The position numbers and the translations under genes were made by a program. Below are positions 34,811 to 48,091 of a stretch of DNA of 64,000 nt, in pieces (the stretch's first letter is position 1; each line of letters begins with the position of its first letter). The DNA is from Eledone cirrhosa (taxonomy: Eukaryota). The stretch spans positions 58,342,001 to 58,406,000 of the forward strand of contig OZ024741.1 of the NCBI GenBank assembly GCA_964016885.1. Reading direction: 5' to 3'. Below the pieces are notes generated by a model. That model was not told the DNA's origin. It did no database searches and worked only from the letters and a program-made list of their open reading frames with translations.

Positions 34811-37800
34811 TCAGGATTTGGGCACCATGGCCCATTCGAGAAGAGAATTACTGTTTGCGGAGACATATCCGGGTGTGGGTGGTTTGTCCGGGATTACTTG
34901 GAGGAATTTGTCCAAAGACTTCTTGAATTTTGAGTGGTCAGTTTCTGTTTTGACGTGTCCTGGTGTGATGTTGAAGAGAGCAGGGCCGATTGAGGTGAAA
35001 TAATTGTGCCGTATTGTTGTTATGAGTTGCGATTTAGATTTTTGAATGGGACGGATAGCACGGGGCCCAAGCCTTGGGTGTATCTTGAAGGCGATGCCAA
35101 CATCATTTGGGCAGTGATGATGGAACATTTTCCACATCATGCAGATAATATAACGCTCACGGCGACGTTGGAGTGAGTAAAGTTTCAGCTTTTCTAGTCG
35201 ACCCCAGTAGTCAAGGTCTGACATGCCATCTATCTTTTTCGTGATTGCCCTTTGAGGAGCTTCAAGTTTCATGATACTTTGTTTCGTGTGGGGAGACCAC
35301 AGTGGACAACAGTATTCAAGGTGTGGTCGGGCGAAAGTAGAGAAGAGAAGGATAATGGTGCGGGAATCTCTCGACTGGAAGGTTCTGAGGATCCAGGAAC
35401 ACATTCTGCGGGCCATGTCAACTTTGCTGCTTATATGCATGGTCCAGCTTATGTTGCTGTCCAAGGTTACTCCCAAGTCTCTGATGTTGTTAGATGCCAC
35501 GAGAGTTTCCCCGGAGGGAAGGGAGTACCGGAGTTTCAGAGCATCCTCTTTTCCAAAGTGGATCAGTTCGAATTTGTCCTCGTTCAGTAACATGTTGTTC
35601 TTTTCTGCCCATTGGGTAACAGCCAGTAGGTCTGACTGAAGGCTTATCCGGTCATCCACGCCATTGATGACCTTTTGGAGCTTGGAATCATCAGCGAAAA
35701 TTTTAATGTTGCTGTGTTTGATGATGTCAGTGATGTCATTAATATAGATGATGAAGAGAAGTGGGCCCAACACAGTGCCTTGTGGGACTCCACTACTGAC
35801 TTTGGCTGGGCTTGATTTGACTCCCTCAACTACAACATGTTGGGTTCTGTTTGACAGGAAGCTCTTGATCCACTGCAGCAGCTTTCCAGTGACACCAATA
35901 TTGGACAGCTTTCTCAGTAGAATGTTATGATCAACCCTGTCAAAGGCCTTGCTGAAATCAAGGTAGATAACATCAGTGTTGGAACCCTCTCCCAAGGCTC
36001 TCAAAATGTCATCAAAGTGATGCAGTAGTTGCGTCAGGCAATCCCTTCCATTACGGAATCCATGCTGGTTGCAGTTCAGCATATTGTTACTCTCAAGGAA
36101 GTGGGTCATTCGCGATCTCACCACTCGCTCAAATACCTTAATGATATGAGAGGTGAGTGAGATTGGACGGTAATTCACGGCAAGGGATTTGTTTCCCTTT
36201 TTGAAAACTGGGACAACAGACTGGGATAGAAGGTTTTCTGGCACATATCCAGCATCCAGTGAGTTCCGCCACAGATTGGCAAGAGGAGAAGCAAGTTGGT
36301 GTTGACACGCCTTCAGGACACAAGCAGGGAACCTATCGGGACCTACTGCTGAATTATGCTTGATTTCCTTTATTGCCGCCAAGACATCAGGGGCGCCAAA
36401 CGTTATGTCCGATAAGGTGTAATGGGGAGTAACATCGCCGATACAGCCCAGATCGGCCATATCAGGATTGCTGAAAACAGAGCAGTATTGTTTCTGCAGT
36501 ATCTCACCCATGGTTTTAGCATTGTCTTGAAGAGTGCCATTTTCATCAATTAGAGGGCCAACAGTAGAGCCAGTGATTTTGTGTTTTTTTGCAAATGAAA
36601 AGAACACTTTGGGATTGAGTTTGATCTTCTCAATGGCCCAGGCCTCTTCAGCTCTTCTCTGATTGTTGATGAGGGACATTATGTTGTTTTGGAGGTTATG
36701 TTTTTTAATCTCTAGTGATGAAATGGCAGTCAAGTTGATGTGTTGCTGCTGACAGTATTTCAGCTTGTTGATTTTTTTGTTCGTTCTCTTAATTTTTCTG
36801 ATGAGCGTTTTTCTATTTCTAGGGATTCTGCTCTTAGATTTGTTTATAGTTCTTAATGGGGTGTGTTTAGCACATATGTTTGTAACAGTGTCCACAAATG
36901 TCTGCCAGGACTTTTTGATGTTAGTGGGTGTATGAGTGTGCGTGAAGGACCAGTCGACATGTGCAAGATCATGACTGATCGCTTCCCAGTTTGCATTGTG
37001 GAAATCCATAGCGTCAAACGGATGGACAGGAGAGATGACATTGGGTTTGTATATTGGACGGTGGAATCTCAGATCACAGAGAACCATGTCATGATCAGAG
37101 AGTAGAGTTTTCTCCACTGCAATATTGTGGATATTGTCAGTGTGATTGCTGAAAATTAAGTCTAGGACGTTTTTGTGGCACCTCGTTGGTTCGAGCACTA
37201 GTTGGGATAGGAAGAAATCATCCATGAAGTCAAGAAGTGATTCCACAGCTTCCCTGTCAGAGGTTGAGGCAGAAGAACCTGGTGGCAGGGTGTTTGTGGA
37301 CCAGTCAACTCCGGGGAGGTTGAAGTCCCCCATCATTAAGATGTTGTCAGGGTGACACTCTTGGATGAAACACTTTATGCTGTTGAGGCATTCCTTGAAG
37401 CATGGTACAGGCGTTTGGGGTGGCCTATAGAGCCCAACTACTAATAGGTTGTTGGTTTGACTGAATACAGTGACTGCCTCACAGTATCCATTAGTGAATA
37501 ATGTTCATAGCCTCTGTTGAGAAAGAATTATGGACATAAATGGCAGTTCCGCCCTTTCTTCTGCCAGCGCGATCAGCACGGATGGCTTTGAAATTTTTCA
37601 CTTTCACCTCGGCTTCCAAGTGGAGGTTACTGAGATGGGTTTCAGTGAGGACGAAGAAAGGGATGTGGTTTGGATGGACATCAATCCAGTCCTCCAGGAA
37701 TTTGATCTTCCATTTTTGAGTATTGGTGGAAGGGCTGATGCCTTGGGCGTTAAGCAAAAATGTAGAGGCGAGAGTGGATGGTTTTAATTGTTTTGGTGTG

Positions 37801-37949
37801 TTGTTAATTTGTTTGTTTGTTAATGGCAGCAATGGGAGTTTGTGCAGTGGGGTGATAGTGGAGGGTGGTGCTGGGTGATAGCTCGAATGTTTTTTTCCAG
37901 TTCTTTTGCCAGATTCATTATGGCTAAAAAAGAGGAAGAAGTTTCCTGT
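34811..37949 (-). pseudogene. CR1 ORF2 (APE-RT) with a single frameshift near 37505-37515
   Basis: The frame of 37491..37832 is open from 37949. It shifts into the frame reading TLFTNGYCEAV..VVGLYRPP..NILMMGDFN, which continues as the 841-aa ORF. Confidence 0.9.
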
Positions 37950-38146
37950 TTAGAAGACTGTTGGTGACTGTGGTAGTGGTTATTTTTATGTAGGTTATGG
38001 TTTTTGTTTTTGCTTTTATTTTTAATTTTATTTTCATTTATCCGACGGGTCCCCGGGAGATGGGTAAAGGGACAATCCCGCTCTAAACACAATCTGTCTC
38101 GCAGGGAAAAACGGCAGATTTGTGGATTCCTTGTTTGAGTTATTGG
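37820..38146 (-). pseudogene. C-terminal remnant of CR1 ORF1 with a CCCH zinc finger
   Basis: Extending ORF 37820..38092 upstream gives [29 protein letters not shown] (C-x8-C-x4-C-x3-H), then an N/K/H-rich linker and FLAIMNLAKELEKNIRAI. Confidence 0.75.
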
Positions 38147-38150
38147 TGGT

Positions 38151-38228
38151 TATATATATGTATATGTATATGTATATATATATGTGTATATATATATATA
38201 TATGTATATGTGTGTATATATATATATA

Positions 38229-38289
<61 letters not shown>

Positions 38290-38804
38290 GTATATGTGTG
38301 TATATATATATATATATGTGTGTATATATATATATATATGTATGTGTGTATATATATATATATATATGTATGTGTGTATATATATATATATATGTATGTG
38401 TGTATATATATATATATATGTATGTGTGTATATATATATGTATATGTGTATATATATATATATGTATATGTGTGTATATATATATATATGTATATGTGTG
38501 TATATATATATATGTATATGTGTGTATATATATATATGTATATGTGTGTATATATATATATATGTATGTGTGTATATATATATATATGTATGTGTGTATA
38601 TATATATATATGTATGTGTGTATATATATATATATGTATGTGTGTATATATATATATATGTATGTGTGTATATATATATGTATATGTGTGTATATATATA
38701 TATATATGTATGTGTATATATATATATATGTATATGTGTGTATATATATATATATATGTATATGTGTATATATATATATATGTATATGTGTGTATATATA
38801 TATA

Positions 38805-38869
<65 letters not shown>

Positions 38870-40684
38870 GTATATGTGTGTATATATATATATGTATATG
38901 TGTGTATATATATATATGTATATGTGTGTATATATATATATGTATATGTGTGTATATATATATATATGTATGTGTGTATATATATGTATGTGTGTATATA
39001 TATATATATGTATGTGTGTGTATATATATATATGTATGTGTGTGTATATATATATATATGTATGTGTGTGTATATATATATATGTATGTGTGTGTATATA
39101 TATATATGTATGTGTGTGTATATATATATATATGTATGTGTGTGTATATATATATATATGTATATGTGTATATATATATATATGTATATGTGTATATATA
39201 TATATATGTATATGTGTGTATATATATATATATGTATATGTGTGTATATATATATATATGTATATGTGTGTATATATATATATATGTATATGTGTGTATA
39301 TATATATGTATATGTGTGTATATATATATATATGTATATGTGTGTATATATATATGTATATGTGTGTATATATATATATATGTATATGTGTGTATATATA
39401 TGTATGTGTGTATATATATATATATGTATATGTGTGTATATATATATATGTATATGTGTGTATATATATATGTATATGTGTGTATATATATATGTATATG
39501 TGTGTATATATATATGTATGTGTGTATATATATATATGTATATGTGTGTGTATATATATATGTATGTGTGTATATATATATATGTATGTGTGTATATATA
39601 TATATGTATGTGTGTATATATATATATGTATGTGTGTGTGTATATATATATGTGTATGTGTGTATATATGTATATGTGTGTATATATATATATGTATATG
39701 TGTGTATATATATATATCTATATGTGTGTATATATATATGTATGTGTGTATATATATATATGTATATGTGTGTATATATATATATGTATATGTGTGTATA
39801 TATATATATGTGTGTATATATATATATATGTATGTGTATATATATATATGTATGTGTATATATATATATGTATATGTGTGTGTGTATATATATATGTATA
39901 TGTGTGTATATATATATGTATATGTGTGTATATATATATATGTATATGTGTATATATGTATATGTATATGTGTGTGTGTGTATATATATATGTATGTGTG
40001 TGTGTATATATATATGTATATGTGTGTGTGTATATATATATGTATATGTGTGTGTGTATATATATATGTATATGTGTGTGTGTATATATATATGTATATG
40101 TGTGTGTGTATATATATATATGTATATGTGTGTGTGTATATATATATGTATGTGTGTGTGTATATATATATATGTATGTGTGTGTATATATGTATATGTG
40201 TGTATATATGTATGTGTGTGTATATATGTATATGTGTGTGTGTGTATATATATATATGTGTGTGTATATATGTATGTGTATATATATATGTATATGTGTG
40301 TATATATATATATGTATATGTGTGTATATATATATGTATATGTGTATATATATATATATGTATATGTGTATATATATATATATGTATATGTGTATATATA
40401 TATATATGTATATGTGTGTATATATATATGTATATGTGTGTGTATATATATATGTATGTGTGTATATATATATGTATTTTTGTATATATATATGTATATG
40501 TGTGTATATATATATGTATATGTGTGTATATATATATGTATATGTGTGTATATATATATGTATATGTGTGTATATGTATATGTGTGTATATATATATGTA
40601 TGTGTGTGTATATATATATAGATATATATATGTATATGTGTGTGTGTGTATATATATATATATATGTATATGTGTGTGTATATA

Positions 40685-40715
<31 letters not shown>

Positions 40716-40776
40716 GTATATATGTGTGTATATGTATATGTGTGTGTATATATATATATATATGTATATTTATATA
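38151..40776. repeat. ~2.6-kb compound (TA)n/(TG)n microsatellite
   Basis: Direct reading; richer in TGTG than the 9.3-kb array. Confidence 0.98.
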
Positions 40777-41790
40777 TGGAATCCCCAAGAAGATAGTGAA
40801 CCTGATATCACTCCTCTACACCAAGACCAAAGACCAAGTCATTACACCTGATGGGATGACACTTCTTTGAGATACTGGCTGGAGTGCTCCAGGGAGATAC
40901 ATTGGCTCCCTACCTTTTTATCATTGTAGTGGTCTATTGTATGCGCCTTGCACTGGAGAAACACCAGGACTTTGGCTTTACTGTAGCACCGGCTCAGAGC
41001 AGGAGAGTTCAGGCGAAAAAGATATTGGATGCTGAATTTGCCGACGACATAGTTTTGGTGACAAATACAGTGAAGGAGGCAGAATATTTGATGCAGGAGG
41101 TTGAGATTGTGTCGATGAGTGTGGGGCTGAGAATGAGACTAAAACAAAATATCTGGTAGAGAATGTTGAGAAGCCAGAGGTGATCACTGATGTAGGCGGG
41201 AAGCCGCTAGAATTGGTTGAGGACTTCCTGTATTTGGGAGCAAAGATTGGGAATACGGAAGATGATGTGGTTGAGAGGAAGAGCAAAGCCTGGGCGGCGT
41301 GCCACAGCTTGAGATCGGTGTGGAAGTCGAACCTTTGTGAAGACCTGAAAATCCGCCTCTTCATTGCTGTAATGGAGTCTGTATGGGTCTGAGACTTGGA
41401 CACTGACCAAGAAACTTACACAGATGGTGGATGGGTGCTACACGAGAATGCTGAGGATGGCTCTGAACATTAATCAGTATACACTGAGGATGAAAAGCTC
41501 AGAGATATATGGGAGCTTCCCAAAAGTCAGCCCAAAAGTGACACAGAGGAGACTGAAGTTAGCTGGACATGCTCACCGACATCCAGAGTTGACATTGCAC
41601 TCACTGCTCCTGTGGGAGCCCCTACCTGGACACACTGGGAGAGGAAGACTAAGGTTTACGTAAGTTGATGCCCTAAGGACAGACACTGGTCTATTGGAGA
41701 CGCAGGACATGGCAACGATAATGAGGGCGGGACAGACACCGCTAGAGAGAACTCGTCCATGGATCTTGGGATTTTACCCGCCCTAGAAAA
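40775..41790 (+). mobile_element. Degenerate 5'-truncated LINE of a different RTE-like family
   Basis: [59 protein letters not shown], with frameshifts and stops. Confidence 0.88.
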
Positions 41791-41811
41791 ATGTGTGTGT
41801 GTGTATATATT

Positions 41812-43942
41812 ATCATCATCATTTAACGTCTTTCTTCCACACTAGCATGGGTTTAGATAGGGATTGTCCCACTTGATGCAAGATTGGTTGTCTTGCTCGT
41901 ATAGGACTGTCTGGTAGGTTTTCTACGGCTGGGTGCCCTTCCTAACACAAACCACATTTACAGTGTGGACTGGGAGGTTTTTACCGTGTTACCTACACGG
42001 CCACATTATAGCGTGCACTGTTTTTTTTTTTTTCGTGACACCTACACAACCTCATTTATTTAGGACTGGATGTTGTGGTACCGACATAATTTTACAGAGA
42101 AAGGGTTAGTGTAGATGGGGGTGGAGGTAGGGGTAGTGGAATGGGGGTGTATATTTGGTTAGGAGGTGCGTACTGACTGTAGGTTTCGCTTTGTACTTAG
42201 GCAAGGCGGGTCTTCTGTGTTACTGCATAGCGCCAAAGATCTCGGTCCAGTGACATTGTCTTGGAGAGGTGTAAGGTCGGAATTTATCAAATCGTCCCAG
42301 GTTTTTCTGGGTCTGCATACTCCATAGCTTCCATCAATTTTGATCGCCCTGCACTTTTTTATACAGCTGTCGTCTTTCATGCGCATCACGTGACCATACC
42401 AACGTAGTCTTCTCTCGAGTAAACAGCATCTGATCCCTCTTATTCCTAGTTTCTCACTTAGTTCATTTACGCTTTTCCGTTCACGTATATTACTATTACA
42501 CATCAAACGGAGCATGCAAGCTTCATTCCTCTCCAGTCTGCGCAGATCCTCTGCACACAATTCCCATGTCTCACTGCCATGTAACATTGCTGTTCGTATG
42601 CAGGCATCATACAGTTTGCCTTTCATTTTTAGAGAGAAACCTTTAGCGGCTAATAGTGGTATAAGCTCTCTGAACTTTTACCATCCCGTTCTGACTCTGG
42701 CTACTGTATTTCAGAGCACCCTCCACCACTGCTGATTTTGTCACTCAGGTAACAGGTGTCCACTATTTCTATAGAACCATCTGGGCAATGGAAGGAGCTA
42801 GTATTCTATGGGCACTTGCTACTTATTGCACCTGAGCACTGCCCACATATAAAATATATGTTCTTAGTTAGCTTACCTGTGACCCCCACTACATCTTTTA
42901 TGCACCCATACTTTGCATTTGGGAAATAAAATGGAGTCTCTGCCTACTCTGTTCCTACACACTGAGCATGGCCATTTCCCAGAGGGAACCAGTGTCCTAT
43001 TTTCCTTCCTACATACTAGAACTTAATCTTAGACAAGTTAATTTTAAGGCCTTTTGATTCTAGGTCATGCTTCCATGTTTGGAATTTTTTCTCTAGTTCA
43101 GCCATTGATTCAGCTTTGAGCGTTAGATCATCTGGAAATAGAAGTTCCCATGAGCAGCCGGTCTTGAACTGCTGTTATAGCCTGAAGGGCAATAATAAAT
43201 AGTAGGGGGCTAAGGACAGAGCCCTGATCAACGCCAACTTTTACGCTAAATTCTTCACTATATTCGTTGTTAATTCTAACCTTGCTGACTGTTTCTTTAT
43301 ACATGGCTTGTATAGCTCTCGCAAGCCATTCATCAACACCTAGTTTTCTAAGAGCCCACCAGATAATGGAGCGGGGGACTCTGTCAAAGGCTTTCTCCAA
43401 GTCAACAAAAGCTAAGTATAGGGGTTTACTTTTAGCTAGGTACTTCCTGTAGTTGTCGTACAAGGGAAAGAGCGTCTGTGGTACTTTTACCTGACACAAA
43501 CCCAAACTGCATCTCATCTAGATCAATTCGCTCTCTGATTAGTTGTGCTATAACTCTTTCTGTGACCTTCATGACCTGGTCAATTAATTTAATGCCTCTA
43601 TAGTTCCCCTATCTAGGGCATCTCCTTTACCCTTGTAGCAGTTAATGATGATGCTGCTGCGCCAGTCCTTCGGAACGACCCCATTCTGTATGACTTGGTT
43701 TACTATATGGGTGACCATAGTGTGTCCCTCCGATCCAGTTGCTTTCAGCATTTTAGCAACTATCTCCGAAGGCCCAGCTGCTTTGCCTGTCTTCATATCT
43801 TTGATTGCCTTACTTATTATACTACCTTCAACTTGCACTGCTGGGCCCTCTATTGGATCGATTAGGTGCAGACTATCTTTTTCCCACTTATTCTCCTCAT
43901 TTAGTAGCCTCTCGTAGTGACACTTCCAAACTACCTTCTTAT
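41812..43942 (-). mobile_element. RTE LINE copy 3 (5'-truncated, several frameshifts)
   Basis: ORFs 42159..42626, 43128..43517 and 43584..43838 match copy 1; (CAT)n tail at ~41812. Confidence 0.93.
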
Positions 43943-44060
43943 ATATATGTGTATATGTGTGTATGTGTGTACATATATGTGTGTATGTGTGTACATATAT
44001 GTGTATATGTATGTGAATATTTATAGATGGACCTTACATTCTGATATATATATATATATG
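43940..44060. repeat. Interrupted (TA)/(TG) microsatellite at the 5' junction of copy 3
   Basis: Direct reading. Confidence 0.85.
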
Positions 44061-44279
44061 AATTATTCAAAGATAAGCGTTGCAGCCAACCTAAAGCATA
44101 CTTTAATGGAGTTAATTTTTGTTTCAATTTAACAATAGTTGGTGAATAACCCCAGACTGTCATTTATTCAATCTAGTATTTCATGTATTGCAATGGAGAG
44201 AAGTAAAAAGAATTGTCTAAAGTCCCCTTGACCCCACAGGCTGTAGAAGATCTAGTAATTATATTTACTGTGTAAATCA

Positions 44280-44500
44280 TTAATATTAGTATCCGATTTA
44301 GGCACATGGCCAACAATTTTGAGGTGGGGAAAGTTGTTTAAATCGCCTCCTGTGTGTTACTGGTACTTTATTTTATCGACTCCAGAAGAATGAAATTCAG
44401 TTCCCTTTGGTGGGATATCAACTCAGATAGTAATGGGCTGTAACTGAATATCATATATAGTTTTGTCTGCCGCTCTAGCGACTCTACCAATCCAACTGCC
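44280..44500 (-). mobile_element. MetaSINE-like SINE
   Basis: ctggtactttattttatcgactcc.gaagaatgaaa; same family as 7705-7918. Confidence 0.65.
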
Positions 44501-44912
44501 CAGTGATGGTAATGACAAAGATATTTAAAATGAATTAAGATATGAACTTTTTTTTATTATTTTAATGGAAATATTTAATTAGTACCATTTTTTTTCCTGT
44601 AAAAATTAAATAACAGTAGACTCTATTGTGGGTTTTTTTTTGACATATCCCTTTAGATATTTCTATTTTTTTTCATATCTTGTTTTTACATATCTTGTTT
44701 TTACATTGTGCATATATCTATTTCCATATTGTTTATATCTATTCTTATAAGATGTCTGTATCGCTTTCTATATTGCAATTCTATATCTCTTGCTATCTTA
44801 TATTTCTTTCATTTCTATACTGTTTCTATATCTCTTTCTATACTGTCTCTATATCTCTTTCTATACTGTGCCCATATCTTTTTCTATTGTCTTTATTTGC
44901 CTCTATACTGTC

Positions 44913-45262
44913 TCTACATCTGTTCCCTTACTGTCTACATCTGTTCCCTTACTGTCTACATCTGTTCCCTTACTGTCTACATCTGTTCCCTTACTGTATA
45001 CATCTGTTCCCTTACTGTATACATCTGTTCCCTTGCTGTCTACATCTGTTCTCTTACTGTCTACATCTGTTCCCTTACTGTCTACATCTGTTCCCTTACT
45101 GTCTACATCTGTTCCCTTACTGTCTACATCTGTTCCCCTACTGTCTACATTTGTTCCCTTACTGTCTACATCTGTTCCCTTACTGTCTACATCTGTTCCC
45201 TTACTTTATCTACATCTGTTCCCTTACTTTATCTACATCTGTTCCCTTACTTTGTCTACATC
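44913..45262. repeat. 21-bp minisatellite (CTGTCTACATCTGTTCCCTTA), about 16 copies, in a degenerate CT/TA-rich field (~44680-45510)
   Basis: Direct reading; appears as LHLFPYC repeats in the ORF track. Confidence 0.95.
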
Positions 45263-46909
45263 TGTCTCTATATATGTATCTATACTGTGTCTACATCTGT
45301 CTCTACATCTGTCTCTACATCTGTCTCTATATATGTATCTATACTGTGTCTACATCTGTCTCTATACTGTGTCTACATCTGTCTCTATACTGTGTCTACA
45401 TCTGTCTCTATAGCTGTGCCTATATCTGTATCTATACTGCGTCTATATCCATATCTATACTGTGTCTACATCTCTCTCTCTATAGCTACGTCTACATCTG
45501 TATCTATATCTAGCCTGTTGTCAACTTTTCTATCTTTAAGCTAATTTTTTAAATCCTGATACAAATTACATGAGCTATATTTTTCCATCATCAGTATTTA
45601 CTCTGCAATTATTTTTTCCTAAATATTTCAAATACAATAGGTTCTATATTTAATTAGAGATTTCTTATAATTCCAAATGAAATATTTTTTATAACTCCAG
45701 ATGAAATATTTCTTATGCCAACAATTTCTTTCTATCACTGTTTAAAATTATTTTTCACCATTTATTTTTCTTCACTTTTAACTGATTTAGTAAAATATAA
45801 TTTAATCTCCAAATTCCATATATACTTTTGTATAAGACACAACTCCATTTACAATTTGAGCATTTTTCAGCCATTTCCTTGTTGATGCAGGTGTTAGCTG
45901 CAGGCCCCTTGACATCAATCACATGTCAGAACTATTATCACAGATTGCATGCTTTCCTATCTTTTGGATATTCAAAAAATAACTACACTGTGTGTGTGTG
46001 TGGGGGGGGGGGGGTCCATAGATGAAAGATCAAGGAAAACAGTGCTCAGTCTGTTGCAAGAGAGCTTATAAACAGTTTCATACATTTAACAACCACTGTA
46101 TATTGAAGGAGGCACTTTTAAACTGGCCCATCTTCGGGAACGTGGACAGGTATATGTATGTTTGTGTATAAGCTAAAAATATGGCGAATTGACAAAATGC
46201 TTGGAAAATATACTTTTGATCAGTTTTAATCCTTTCAAGGTTTAAGGGAATGTTCTTTGAAAACCTACTCTTGTTAGCAGAATCTCTCTTATGGCACCAG
46301 TGATGAGTTTTATTTACTTTTGTTTGATTATTATTAGAAAACCATTTCCAATATTTATTGGGCAAACAAAGAAACATTTGCAACATTATAATATAAAGGA
46401 AATTTTATTTATTTAGTTAAAATCTAAAATTCAACATATTGTTGTTTTTTTTATATATTTTCAAATAGGTTTAATTGAAATCTCTAAAAATACATATTAA
46501 GATTTCTGTCATGAATAATTCATTAGTTTTAAATGTGTTTTGTCTAAAGAACAAAACTAAAAAGTAATCAATTTTTGTCTAGCTATTTTAATACTCAAAT
46601 TTGTTTAATGTATATTGCATTCTAATTTTTAAAACTTGAGTTTAAATTCTTGTAGATTTATGAAGATTAATAAACAGGAGCTAGTATCATTTGTGAAAAA
46701 GTTAATTTTCTTGATACTGTTTTCTTACAAATCTACCAAATTTTGCTTAGAATTAATAAATTTCATGGAATTTATTAAAATTTTCAATGAAAATACTCTT
46801 CTATCTGGACAAAAATGTCAAGCTCATCTGAAAGGAAGCAATTCTATTAAATAATTCAGTGGTTAATTGGTTAGGATTCAATGTTTTGCAGTATTGAAAT
46901 TATAATATA

Positions 46910-47270
46910 AGCAAATGCACTCAGCCCACATGTTAAAGTGGAAGTGTTGGTGTCACAGGGAAAAGTACTTAGGTCACATTGTACAGTGGCAGTGTTGATG
47001 CTACAGTGAAAAGCACCCAGTCCACTCTGTAAAGTGGTAATGCTTGTTCCACGATGAAACGCACCTAGTCCACCCTTACAGGTGGTAGTGTTGATGCCGC
47101 AAAAAAAAACAATATGCACCCAATACATGCCGTGATGTGGTTGGCATTAGGAAGGAAATCTGGCAATAGAAACTAAGTCAGTATAGAATGCATGTGTAAG
47201 ACACACTCATCTGACCAGTCTAATCTCAGAATCTGACAACCCACCAAACAGGGAAAATAGACATTAAACA
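46910..47270 (+). mobile_element. Non-autonomous element with about five ~48-bp modules and RTE-type tail
   Basis: Repeated gcacccagtccactctgtaaagtgg; gtggttggcattaggaagg; aacccacc..gggaaaatagacattaaac. Confidence 0.7.
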
Positions 47271-47723
47271 AATAGGAAAGGAAAAGAATGGAAAGAAGCA
47301 CATTTTTCAGTTGAGACCAAGGAAACAAGGTTTCAGTAGTAGGTCTTTCCATTTTTAATACTCTGTTGCTTGCAACTCCTGGCAGAATTGCCATCACGTC
47401 TTTTGTGAGAGGAAGTGGGATTTGAATTTAGAACACCCACAGCTGGAACAGATACTGTAAATTATCTCATCTGACACTGTTCTTGGCTTGATTGATCCTG
47501 TAAAGATGAAAGGCAAAGTTGACATAGTTAGGATTTGAACTCAGGGCACAGAACAAATACCACAAAGCATTCTTTCTACCTTTATTCAAAGTAACGTAAA
47601 TAGATTTATTAATGTAGCACTGGGTGTTAGGTGGTGAATTGGTAGCCATTAGAACATCAGATAGAATACTTTGCAGTATGACTTCCAGCTCTCTGCACTC
47701 CGAACTGTTGGAGTAAGTTTTTG

Positions 47724-48091
47724 ATTAACCCTTTCATTACTGTATTTCTAATGATTTTGAAATAATTTTGAAAATAATCAAGAATTTGGAAAGATTTACC
47801 AATGTAACTAACTTTTTGGTGTTTAGAACATAATTTAAGAAAAAGGTTCTTTCATAGAATTATTATGGAAGAGTTTTAGATAGATATATTGATTTAAATC
47901 AACACGATCCCAGACCTTATTCACTTACCAAGTGAGGTGGAACTTGTTAGATTGGTCCAAGGAAACAATGTTTCCATTAGTCTTTCCAATTGCTGATACT
48001 ATCTGCGACCGGTAGATATAAACACTTTAAAATAATTTTGCATCATAGAAACCAGGAGCATTTTCAGACAGTTTGGTATTGAAAGGATTAA
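47724..48091. mobile_element. TTAA-type MITE with an internal insertion (~47905-48010)
   Basis: ttaaccctttcattactgtattt ... tttggtattgaaaggattaa. Confidence 0.65.

Larger units (their letters stand above)
34713..38150 (-). mobile_element. CR1-clade LINE, 5'-truncated in ORF1, young
   Basis: APE motifs LNAQG, TETHL, GGTAIYV, LYRPP, GDFN, LDLIF, SDH; RT motifs NYRPISLT, YLDFSKAFD, GVPQGTVLGPLLF, FADD, RDLGV; CR1-type RPHLEYCCPLWSP and LYSLQRRRER; 3' tail of three 10-bp TTCAAAGTTA units. Confidence 0.95.

Noticed and set aside
44680-45544. 277/278-aa ORFs with LHLFPYC or VYICSLT heptads
   Set aside because: Translation of a 21-bp minisatellite; three plus frames are open, with no domain signal.
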